Shown piece by piece: positions 19,100-26,632 of a stretch of DNA of 64,000 bases (its first letter is position 1; the number at the start of each line of letters is the position of its first letter). The DNA comes from Gemmatimonas sp. (GTDB taxonomy: Bacteria; Gemmatimonadota; Gemmatimonadetes; Gemmatimonadales; Gemmatimonadaceae). Location of the stretch: contig OZ257156.1 of NCBI GenBank assembly GCA_965279375.1, positions 4,320,001-4,384,000 on the forward strand, written 5' to 3'. The notes beneath the pieces are model-generated. The model was not told the DNA's origin and did no database searches. It was given only the letters and a program-made list of their open reading frames with translations. The position numbers were made by a program, and so were the translations under genes.

Positions 19100-19636
19100 T
19101 CTCGTGCTTCGTGGCAATCGCCCGTGGTCGTGCAGAGCGAGCAACTCTACGAAGTCTCCATCGACCCTGCGACCGGTGCACGAATCGAAACGCCGTTGAC
19201 GCACGCCACCGTCTTCATTGCGTTGGTGCACTCCGCGGACGTCAATCGGCCGATCGAAGACGTCATCGTGCATCGGCTGCTCTACTCGCAGGCAAACGAA
19301 GTGCTGCCCAGTGGCGTGTACGAAGTCGCGTTCGGTCCACGGGCTGCGCGGCGACATCTTGAGGGACGCTCGAGCGTGTTGGTGCGGGTCGAGATCCCTG
19401 GTGTCTACGTGCAGGTCACCGAACGCCGGATTGATCGCCCGGCCGAACCACGACGTCGCACCGCGCGGCCGATCGCGCCGAGGATGCTCAGGTGGGCATT
19501 GGTGAGCGGAGGGCGCCAGTCACTCGCGTGCGTTGCTGCGTGTGGTACCATGGAGATGCGCTGTCCTGCCGACACGAGAGGAGACGGTCACGCTGGGAAT
19601 GACATCACCACCAAGATCGCGCTGACGTTCCGCTGA
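19092..19636 (+). pseudogene. Hypothetical protein (paralog 3 of 3), apparent 1-bp frameshift at ~19123
   Basis: GAGGAG SD precedes GTG at 19092 (MSDLVLRGNRP); the body (VVQSEQLYEV...) is in another frame; one extra base joins them. Confidence 0.45.
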
Positions 19637-19658
19637 CGCGAGCCGCGATCGTGAGGGC

Positions 19659-19787
19659 ATGATCTATCTCCTCCAGCTGCCCGACGGCACGATCCTGCAG
19701 TGCCGTGACGCCTTCAACGCGCACCAGCTCGCGTCGATCTACCTGTTGCTGCTGCGCCCGGACCCACCGCCCCCCAGCCCCACGTAG
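19659..19787 (+). CDS. Small hypothetical peptide (42 aa)
   Basis: GAGGG SD; MIYLLQLPDGTILQCRDAF...; below the ORF-track size cut-off. Confidence 0.4.
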   Translation: MIYLLQLPDGTILQCRDAFNAHQLASIYLLLLRPDPPPPSPT

Positions 19788-19792
19788 CCTAA

Positions 19793-19823
19793 CCTTGCGT
19801 TATTGGCACGGTGCGAGCATCTT
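19793..19823 (+). promoter_or_regulatory. Promoter-like motif (copy 2)
   Basis: CCTTGCGTTATTGGCACGGTG; also reads as TTGCGT-17 bp-CATCTT just before ATG 19833. Confidence 0.55.
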
Positions 19824-19832
19824 CGACAGACC

Positions 19833-20309
19833 ATGAACGCGCCGCCGCTCCCCGAGTCTGTCTCACTACCGCCCGACGTCCGACGCGACGGGGCGGCGTT
19901 GCTCCAGTCGTCGGCGCCGTTGCGCCGGTATCCCGTAAGCGCCGCTCCGGGCTTCGCGATCGAGGTCTCCGACCACCCGGAGCCCGTCTACCTCCTCGGC
20001 GACGCGGCCAGCATCGAGACGCCGGTGCCGTGTCGCGTGTGTGGCACGTGGAACCCGGCCGTGCTGAGCGGTCGGCATTTTTTCCTCTCGTTCGAGCCCG
20101 ATGCCGCGCTTGAGATCACCAGCGTGCGCCGCGTGCAGCACCACATCGGACGACTCGCCTTTCCATCCGGCTGGGCCGCATCGCCTTGGCTCACCGCGCC
20201 GTCACGCAAGCAGCTCCTCAAGCGACTCGACGAATTCACCGCGGCCTTTGTCGAGCAGCGGCTCGTCCGTCGTCCCGCGCTCTCCCGTACCACGACGGGC
20301 GCGCGATAG
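19833..20309 (+). CDS. Hypothetical protein with CxxC
   Basis: PCRVCGTWN; coding-like codon usage. Confidence 0.5.
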   Translation: MNAPPLPESVSLPPDVRRDGAALLQSSAPLRRYPVSAAPGFAIEVSDHPEPVYLLGDAASIETPVPCRVCGTWNPAVLSGRHFFLSFEPDAALEITSVRRVQHHIGRLAFPSGWAASPWLTAPSRKQLLKRLDEFTAAFVEQRLVRRPALSRTTTGAR

Positions 20310-20346
20310 CAGCACCCTGCAGGTCACCACACTACCCGAGGACCGT

Positions 20347-21186
20347 ATGAGCCCCACCGACGTGCTACTGCATCCCACACCCCCGCTCCCCGCCACCGCG
20401 CTGCAGGTCGATCTCGAGATGGTATCGACGGCAACAACGCCGCCGGCGGAAGCGGAAGCGGAACCCTCAGCGCATCCGCAGCAGGCGGAGAAGGACGCCG
20501 AGGCGAAGCGTCTCGCTGACGCCACCCGCACCGCCGCCGTGCTGGATGCGGCGGCCGTGTTGCTGGCCGAGCGCCCGCGCCGTGCGTCGCTGCGCGAGCT
20601 CGCCGACGAAGCCCTGATGATCGACGCGATTCTCGAAGCCGCTGAGGGCGATCTCACCCCGGAGCTCGAAGCGCGTCTCGACGCGCTGACCGAGGACCTC
20701 ACCCTCAAGGCGGACGGCATCGGCGACTGGCGCGAGACCCTGCAGGCCGAAGTGAATCGCTTCGCTCTGGAGAAGAACCGGTTCAAGGCCGAGACCGATC
20801 GCCTCGCCGCGATCGAGAAGAGCGCCCAGGCGCGCCTCGCCCGCTTCGACGAGCGCACGAAGCAGACGATGCAGCGCATGGGCCGCCTGAAGCTCGAGGG
20901 CGACGTCTGGACCATCACGGTGCAGAGCAATCCGCCGAAACTGATCGTGGACAACGCGGACGCCGTGCCGGCGAGCTACGTGATCACCGAGACCGTGAAG
21001 TCGGTCGATACCGCGGCGCTGAAGGAGGAGTTGATCGCGCGTAAAAAGGCCGACGAAGCGCTCGAGAAGGTCCTCAAGAAGGCCGCGACCGACGAAGAGC
21101 GAGAGGCGATCCGCGCTGCGCAGCCCGCACGGGCCGCGATCGATGGGGCCCATCTCGAAGTCGGCACCACGCTGCGAGCGCGATAA
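20347..21186 (+). CDS. Siphovirus Gp157-family protein
   Basis: LTLKADGI...AETDRLAAIEKS...WTITVQSNPPKLIVDNADAVPASY...VDTAALKEEL...IDGAHLEVGTTLRAR. Confidence 0.85.
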   Translation: MSPTDVLLHPTPPLPATALQVDLEMVSTATTPPAEAEAEPSAHPQQAEKDAEAKRLADATRTAAVLDAAAVLLAERPRRASLRELADEALMIDAILEAAEGDLTPELEARLDALTEDLTLKADGIGDWRETLQAEVNRFALEKNRFKAETDRLAAIEKSAQARLARFDERTKQTMQRMGRLKLEGDVWTITVQSNPPKLIVDNADAVPASYVITETVKSVDTAALKEELIARKKADEALEKVLKKAATDEEREAIRAAQPARAAIDGAHLEVGTTLRAR

Positions 21187-21191
21187 GCGTC

Positions 21192-21572
21192 GCGCGCATG
21201 GCGCCGGGTGTCGGACTGCGTAAGCACCGAACGGCTGATCGCCGTGGCCCACCCGGTTGTCATGCGCGCACCGTGCTGCGCTAGGTCATGCGTATGCTTC
21301 GCCCGTAGTGTGCCGGGTTGAAGGGCGCCCCTGACTTGTAAGGTCTTGATGCCGACTCCGGCGGCAACTGAGAGGCCTCGAGGCGCAGCACGGAGCGCAG
21401 GCTGAGCAGTCTGAGCCACGGTGTAACGCGTGACGCGAGCGACCGCGACGGTGCAACTCCTTAGCGAACACTCACGGATAGACGGGGATGAACGATCTGT
21501 TCAGCCAGCAGTCAGATAGGCTACGCGACGGCCGCGAAAGGAAGCGTCGAAAAGCTGGCAGGAAGTCGCTCG
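21192..21572 (+). ncRNA. Candidate large structured non-coding RNA of unknown family
   Basis: Three nested multi-branch domains with long-range stems; G-U pairs and a GNRA loop favour the + strand; no credible ORF. Confidence 0.6.
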
Positions 21573-21596
21573 GCAAACGTCATGCGTTGCATCGGC

Positions 21597-22262
21597 TCAT
21601 GGTCGTGGGGCGAGTTGCGCGAGGAGCAGCTGCCTGATCGCTTCGCGGTCGCTTGGTGGGACACGCCAGTCGCGATGATACTGTTTTCCGGTGAATCGAA
21701 TCACCGTGCGCTTGCTGTGTGCGATGTCGCGCAGCGCATCGAGGTACGGGGTGGCGTCCACATCCCACCACTCCCAGATGCCGCCGGCCGCATTGTCGCG
21801 ATCCACCGCATCGGCTCCGTACGACTCCGGCGTCCAGTCGTAGTAGCCGCTGTCAGTCTTCACCGCGTAGTTCCGGATGAAGAGCCAGTCGTCCGCCACG
21901 TAGGTGACCTGCAGTCGCATCACGAGGCGCTTCCCGGTGTCGATCAAGTACGGCTTCACCGCCGTGCGACTGTTGACGAACTTCGGCGAATTCGGGTGCG
22001 TGTACGTGGTCTGGCCGGTGACGGAATCGATCGTCTTGCGCAGCGCCTTGAGGGCGACCCGCTCCTCACGAAACGCGGCGGTATCTGCGGCCGGCGTGGT
22101 GTCGGTCAAGACGGGCAGCCTCGAGGTGTCGGCAGCCGCGCTGCGCGCCGGCGCAGCGTCAGAGCATTTCCCGATGATCAACAGCCCAATAAACGCAGCG
22201 ATGAGACCGCCGCAGCCCAGCGGAAGACAGCCCACGTCGACGCCATTTGCAATCTTTACCAC
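21597..22262 (-). CDS. Membrane-anchored periplasmic protein (moron; superinfection-exclusion candidate)
   Basis: N-terminal TM GCGGLIAAFIGLLII; globular C-terminal domain (YVADDWLFI...IRFTGKQY); opposite strand to the lytic genes. Confidence 0.7.
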   Translation of the reverse strand: MVKIANGVDVGCLPLGCGGLIAAFIGLLIIGKCSDAAPARSAAADTSRLPVLTDTTPAADTAAFREERVALKALRKTIDSVTGQTTYTHPNSPKFVNSRTAVKPYLIDTGKRLVMRLQVTYVADDWLFIRNYAVKTDSGYYDWTPESYGADAVDRDNAAGGIWEWWDVDATPYLDALRDIAHSKRTVIRFTGKQYHRDWRVPPSDREAIRQLLLAQLAPRP

Positions 22263-22423
22263 GTAAATCGCCTCATCGTTAAGGAACCGTCACCGGGGAC
22301 CGCAGACGCTGCACCGACGCGTCTTGCCAGTTTTCCCCACACTGTCCACAGCGGACAAATTGTCCCGTTGCCTCGCGTGCACCGGATTCGTAGCGTACTG
22401 ATGCACCCCGAAACAAAACCGAA

Positions 22424-22684
22424 ATGACTGATTGGGTGGTCTACAATTACCGCGTGATTTTGCCCTGTGCGCACCCGGTGCGCGCCAACCCGGGCGACAT
22501 CATTCGCGTCCGTCCTGGGCATCCGACCGCGCCGGTCGCCGTGTGGCGACGACAGCGCGGCGAATGGACCCGTATCCGCGTCGGCCCACCGAACTACGGT
22601 GGCTTGATCATTCAGGAGTACAACGGCGTCATATCGCGACCGGAGGCTTCAGAGGCCCAACACTCAGATATGGGCGCTGCTTAG
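22424..22684 (+). CDS. Small hypothetical protein
   Basis: Preceded by TTGCCT-17 bp-TAGCGT (22368-22396); 3' end overlaps the convergent repressor-like gene. Confidence 0.45.
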   Translation: MTDWVVYNYRVILPCAHPVRANPGDIIRVRPGHPTAPVAVWRRQRGEWTRIRVGPPNYGGLIIQEYNGVISRPEASEAQHSDMGAA

Positions 22685-23210
22685 CGTCTTCCGCATCCGC
22701 CGCGGCTTCTGCTTCGGCCAACCCATCAAGCTCGCGCAGCGTGTCGGCTGATACGGGCCCCGGCAGGGTGGCGGGTGCAGACGCCGGACGCTCCGCGGTG
22801 CTGCCGCCAAGGATCACTTGCCGACCGACCTGCTCCAGCCCGCCGATGAGGTTCAGCTGCTCTTGGCGCGCCATGTCGAGCAGTCGCAGCACAGAACGGG
22901 CGTTGCCCGCGATCGCGCCGAGCTGAAACTCCGAGGCCAATCGAAACTCGGTGCCGAGACCGGCTGGTGGATCCGGCAGCGCCGCGGTGCCGACGTCGGT
23001 CCGGTATCGCTCCGCCCACTCTCGAATTTTTGTCCAGTTCGCGGCACGCGGCTGCGCGATGTGCCCCTGCGCAAAGTCCGTGAGGGACTTCACCGAGACC
23101 CCGACTTCAGCGGCCACGGGAGTGGAGCCACGCCGCGCCAAATGTTCACGCGCCAATGCGCGTGCCGACTCTACGGCTTCATCAGTAGTCACGACAGGAA
23201 GCTCCACCAA
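22629..23210 (-). CDS. Repressor-like HTH protein
   Basis: VAAEVGVSVKSLTDFAQGHIAQPRAANWTKIREW is an XRE-like HTH; divergent from a Cro/Xis-like gene. Confidence 0.6.
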   Translation of the reverse strand: MVELPVVTTDEAVESARALAREHLARRGSTPVAAEVGVSVKSLTDFAQGHIAQPRAANWTKIREWAERYRTDVGTAALPDPPAGLGTEFRLASEFQLGAIAGNARSVLRLLDMARQEQLNLIGGLEQVGRQVILGGSTAERPASAPATLPGPVSADTLRELDGLAEAEAAADAEDAKQRPYLSVGPLKPPVAI

Positions 23211-23228
23211 GCGCGGACGTATCCGCTA

Positions 23229-23262
23229 TTGCGTCCAATGTCGGGACTCCCTACATTGTAGG
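23229..23262 (+). promoter_or_regulatory. Switch-region promoter with overlapping inverted repeats
   Basis: TTGCGT-17 bp-TACATT; imperfect IR CAATGTcGGGA-c-TCCCtACATTG and palindrome CCTACA-T-TGTAGG. Confidence 0.6.
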
Positions 23263-23316
23263 CACTCGCCGTCAGTATAGTGGCCCTTGCGCCAACACCA
23301 GCAGGAACGGAGCCCG

Positions 23317-23517
23317 ATGAGTGCCTCACGATACCTGACCCTTGCCGCAGTAGCGCGACGTCTTGAGCGAGCGATCCCGACCATTACGGCCATGATCGCG
23401 CGTGGTGAGCTCGAGAAGGAGCTGCTGGAAACCGGTGACGGCACGTCGCAGCTGATCGTGCTCCGTGAGTCCGTGGAGCGCTATGAAGCCGCACAACAGA
23501 AGGCCGCCGTCGCGTGA
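23317..23517 (+). CDS. Cro/excisionase-like HTH protein
   Basis: YLTLAAVARRLERAIPTITAMIARGEL; GGAG SD. Confidence 0.75.
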   Translation: MSASRYLTLAAVARRLERAIPTITAMIARGELEKELLETGDGTSQLIVLRESVERYEAAQQKAAVA

Positions 23518-23528
23518 TGCGGTCGCCC

Positions 23529-24020
23529 TCATCCGGCGCGCAGCCGCGTGCGTCGCTCCGCCTTCCGGATGTCGGCCATCGTGCGGCCACTCCGCAGCAG
23601 TCCATCGAGCGTCGTATCGGCGCGCAGCACGCAATCGCCTGGGATCTCCGGCGCGGAGGCGTTGCTCGCGTCACCAAAAGCAACCCAGCCCGGATCGACC
23701 TCGAGGCCGAAGCTGTCGTATGCCCAGGCGCACAACGCCGACACGAAGTCGAGCGTGAGGCCACGGTGTCCGCGCAGCAGCCGGCTGGCAGTGCTGTAGT
23801 TGGGGCTCAGATCGCTCGGCAGGTACGGATTCAACCCTTCGATCACCACCGGGTGACTCAGGTGGAAATCCGGCCCGCCGTCGGCGCGCTGATCGAGCAG
23901 CGACAGCACGAGGCGACAGCGATTGGCGACCGCCAACTGCAGCGGACTGGCTTGGGCCGGATTCGGGCGCGGGTCGGACGGGTGGCGCTTGACGGGCGCG
24001 AGATCGTGGCGACGGGGCAT
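23529..24020 (-). CDS. Second XRE/CI-like HTH protein
   Basis: NYSTASRLLRGHRGLTLDFVSALC...VDPGWVAFG. Confidence 0.55.
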   Translation of the reverse strand: MPRRHDLAPVKRHPSDPRPNPAQASPLQLAVANRCRLVLSLLDQRADGGPDFHLSHPVVIEGLNPYLPSDLSPNYSTASRLLRGHRGLTLDFVSALCAWAYDSFGLEVDPGWVAFGDASNASAPEIPGDCVLRADTTLDGLLRSGRTMADIRKAERRTRLRAG

Positions 24021-24233
24021 ACAGCACTCGGGATGCGTGGTGGTCGTGCAATGGCGCTCTCGGCGCGGTGCCGCACATCCGGTGCAACCCACACGCCACG
24101 GTGCGCCGCGAACGTCGCACGCCACGCCGAACCGGCGCGCGGCGCCGCTCCAGCGGGCTACAGGGGAGCCCCATGTGCGAAAGTTGTCGCCCCCATGCGA
24201 AATCGGGAAGGGCGATGCGGCATGGCTCCAACG

Positions 24234-24262
24234 AAAAACGCCGGACCCGAAGGCCCGGCGTT
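24234..24262 (-). terminator. Rho-independent terminator (minus strand)
   Basis: AACGCCGGGCC-UUCG-GGUCCGGCGUU followed by UUU; cUUCGg tetraloop. Confidence 0.75.
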
Positions 24263-24327
24263 CCCGACCCAGCCACCACAGCCGGGGTTTTCGCAGCGAG
24301 TCCCGAGGTCAGACCCCACTCGCCACT
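24234..24327 (-). ncRNA. Candidate antisense sRNA (~95 nt)
   Basis: -10-like TACTTT at 24339-24334; two hairpins plus a terminator; carries sequences complementary to the 24396-24420 leader. Confidence 0.5.
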
Positions 24328-24423
24328 AAGGCGAAAGTACACGAGACCCGCGCGTCTCGCCAGCGGTTACGCACGTCGTTGTTGTCTGCTGTGTCCCACC
24401 ACACCACACGTCCCGAGGTCTGT

Positions 24424-25608
24424 ATGGCAGTGCTGTTCAAACCCGCTGCGCGCACCAAGGTAAAGCTCAAGATCCTCATTCTTGGGCCGACCAACAGCGG
24501 TAAGACTTTTGGTGCGCTTCACATTGCCGATGGCCTGACGCCTGGGAGCATCGGCCTCATCGACTCCGAGCACGATCGCGCCGACTATTACGCCGAAGTG
24601 GTCAAGTTCGTAAAGGCGTCGCCGGAGTCCCATCACCCGAAGGCCTACATCGCGGCGATTCAGGCCGCGGTCGATGCGGGCCTCGAGACGCTGATCATCG
24701 ACAGCCTCTCGCACTGCTGGCTCGACGTGCTCGCGCGCAAGGACGCGTTCGACAAAGCCAATCCAAGAAGCAACCAGTGGACCAACTGGGCGATCTTCGG
24801 CGCGGAATGGGATGCGCTCATTCGCTACATCCTTGAGGCGCCCATCCACATCATCTGCACGGGGCGATCAAAGATGGCCTACGAGCAGGTCGAGCAGGGC
24901 GGGAGGAAGACGGTTGTCAAGCTCGGGCTCGCGCCGCAGCTCCGCGAAAATACAGAATACGAATTCGCGATCGCGTTCTCCATAGAGTTTAACCATCGCG
25001 CCCAGGTCAGTAAGGACAACACGAACCTGTTGTCCGAAGAAGGCCGCGTGTGGAATCTCGTCGATGGCTCCGTGCCGGCGTTGTTGCGGCAGTGGATGCA
25101 GACCGCGCGTGAGGTGGAGCGTCCGACGCCGGAGACTTCGATGGCGATCGACGATTCCCTGCTGCTCGTGCCGGTGGGCAAGCAGGAGACCGCGCGTCGT
25201 CGTGTCGCGGAGCGTCGTCAGCGCGGGCTCAGCGAAGTCGAGGCGCAAGCGCTCTTGCAGAGCATCCGCTCGCTCGCCCCGACGACGCCGGCATCGCCCA
25301 CACCGGATGCCGAGCCGACGACACCGCCTGCACCGACACCACCAGAGCCGACGACCACCGCACCGCAGGGCGATGCTGCTACGATGACCGCGGCACGCGC
25401 CGCGCTCCTGACCGTGAAGCTCAACGTCGGGACGGTCACGCTCGGCTCGTGCGACGATGCCACGCTGGTGGATCTCGCCGGCAAGGCGCGCGCGAAAGGT
25501 CGCGACAGCTTGGTGGCCGCGATCGAACTCATTCTCGAAGATCGCGCACTCGCGCGCGACGCGGCACAGGCCGATGAACCCGCTGCAGAGGAAGCGGTAG
25601 GGGCATGA
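24424..25608 (+). CDS. AAA_24 / Sak4-like P-loop ATPase (phage recombination)
   Basis: Walker A GPTNSGKT; IDSE; Walker B LIIDSLSH; HIICTGRSK; EYEF. Confidence 0.85.
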   Translation: MAVLFKPAARTKVKLKILILGPTNSGKTFGALHIADGLTPGSIGLIDSEHDRADYYAEVVKFVKASPESHHPKAYIAAIQAAVDAGLETLIIDSLSHCWLDVLARKDAFDKANPRSNQWTNWAIFGAEWDALIRYILEAPIHIICTGRSKMAYEQVEQGGRKTVVKLGLAPQLRENTEYEFAIAFSIEFNHRAQVSKDNTNLLSEEGRVWNLVDGSVPALLRQWMQTAREVERPTPETSMAIDDSLLLVPVGKQETARRRVAERRQRGLSEVEAQALLQSIRSLAPTTPASPTPDAEPTTPPAPTPPEPTTTAPQGDAATMTAARAALLTVKLNVGTVTLGSCDDATLVDLAGKARAKGRDSLVAAIELILEDRALARDAAQADEPAAEEAVGA

Positions 25609-26153
25609 GCCCACGAACGCCTCCCGCATCGCAGAACGTGGTCGAGATGTACGTCCAGCAACGCCTCAGTATCCCGCAGATCGCAGCTGCCATCGGAGAT
25701 CCAAAATCGCGCGTTCGGACAGCGCTACTCAACGCTGGTGTCGCTCTTCGGTCTCGCAAGGACGGAGTTCGCCTACGACGCGATGACCTTAGCTCACAAA
25801 GGCGTGGCCGAAAGAGAGGACCACACTCGGAAGCAACGCGCAGACGAATGAGCGAGCAGCGCCATGCGTGGGCAGAGGCTAACGCGGCTGGTATTTCGGT
25901 TCGCAGCGGATACGCGGAGCATACACGTGGGGAACACAAGGGTCGGCTCGTGCACGACGTCATCATGGAGGCGCGAATCGGCCGAAGAATGCGCGCGGAT
26001 GAGATCGTGCACCATATCGACGGTGACCGTCTGAACAACAACGAAAACAACCTCGCGCTGATGACTCGATCTGCGCACTCACGACTTCACCGCCGAGAAG
26101 ATCAGCTTTCCGGCAACATCCGAGGGAGAAAGGCAAATGGCACGTTCGCTTAA
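25605..26153 (+). CDS. HNH endonuclease (homing-type, with NUMOD3-like and HTH segments)
   Basis: VHDVIMEARIGRRMRADEIVHHIDGDRLNNNENNLALMTRSAHSRLH; HSEATRRRMS; visibly lower GC than neighbours. Confidence 0.88.
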   Translation: MSPRTPPASQNVVEMYVQQRLSIPQIAAAIGDPKSRVRTALLNAGVALRSRKDGVRLRRDDLSSQRRGRKRGPHSEATRRRMSEQRHAWAEANAAGISVRSGYAEHTRGEHKGRLVHDVIMEARIGRRMRADEIVHHIDGDRLNNNENNLALMTRSAHSRLHRREDQLSGNIRGRKANGTFA

Positions 26154-26622
26154 TCGCGTCACCTTGATCGGCAACGTCGGTCAAGCGCCCGAAGTCCGCA
26201 CCGTCGGCAACGGCTCGCGCGTCGCGTCATTCTCGCTCGCGACGGGGCGTACCTGGACCGATGCGGGCGGCGCGAAGCAGGAAAAAACGGAGTGGCATCG
26301 CTGCATCGTGTGGAACAACAAGACGTCCTCGCTCGCCGACGTGGTGGAGAAGTACGTCGCGAAGGGTGATCGCATCTACGTCGAAGGCGAGATCGAGTAT
26401 CGCCAGTGGCAGGATGCAGAAGGCAATACGCGCTACACGACGGAGATTCGCGTACGCGAGCTGCTCATGCTCGGCTCCAAGCGTGATGGGGCGGAGGCCG
26501 CAGGCGACGTGCCGGCGGGATCGAAGGCGGCACGGCCACGCGCCGCGAAGCCGAGTGTGTCGGACGACTTCTCGGACTTCCCGTCGGAACTGGACGATGA
26601 AAGCGACGACCTCCCGTTCTGA
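26137..26622 (+). CDS. ssb: Single-stranded DNA-binding protein
   Basis: LNRVTLIGNVG...TEWHR...KGDRIYVEG...DDLPF. Confidence 0.96.
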   Translation: MARSLNRVTLIGNVGQAPEVRTVGNGSRVASFSLATGRTWTDAGGAKQEKTEWHRCIVWNNKTSSLADVVEKYVAKGDRIYVEGEIEYRQWQDAEGNTRYTTEIRVRELLMLGSKRDGAEAAGDVPAGSKAARPRAAKPSVSDDFSDFPSELDDESDDLPF

Positions 26623-26632
26623 AACCGTCGAC

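Noticed and set aside
21192..21572. tmRNA, RNase P, SRP, group I/II intron or IscB/TnpB guide RNA identity for the structured region
   Set aside because: No tRNA-like ends or tag ORF, no recognisable catalytic-core consensus, no interrupted gene and no adjacent IscB/TnpB/RT gene.
23923..24423. N-terminal extension of the 561-aa ATPase ORF
   Set aside because: The domain starts at MAVLFKPA (24424) with its own SD; upstream sequence is regulatory and contains a terminator.
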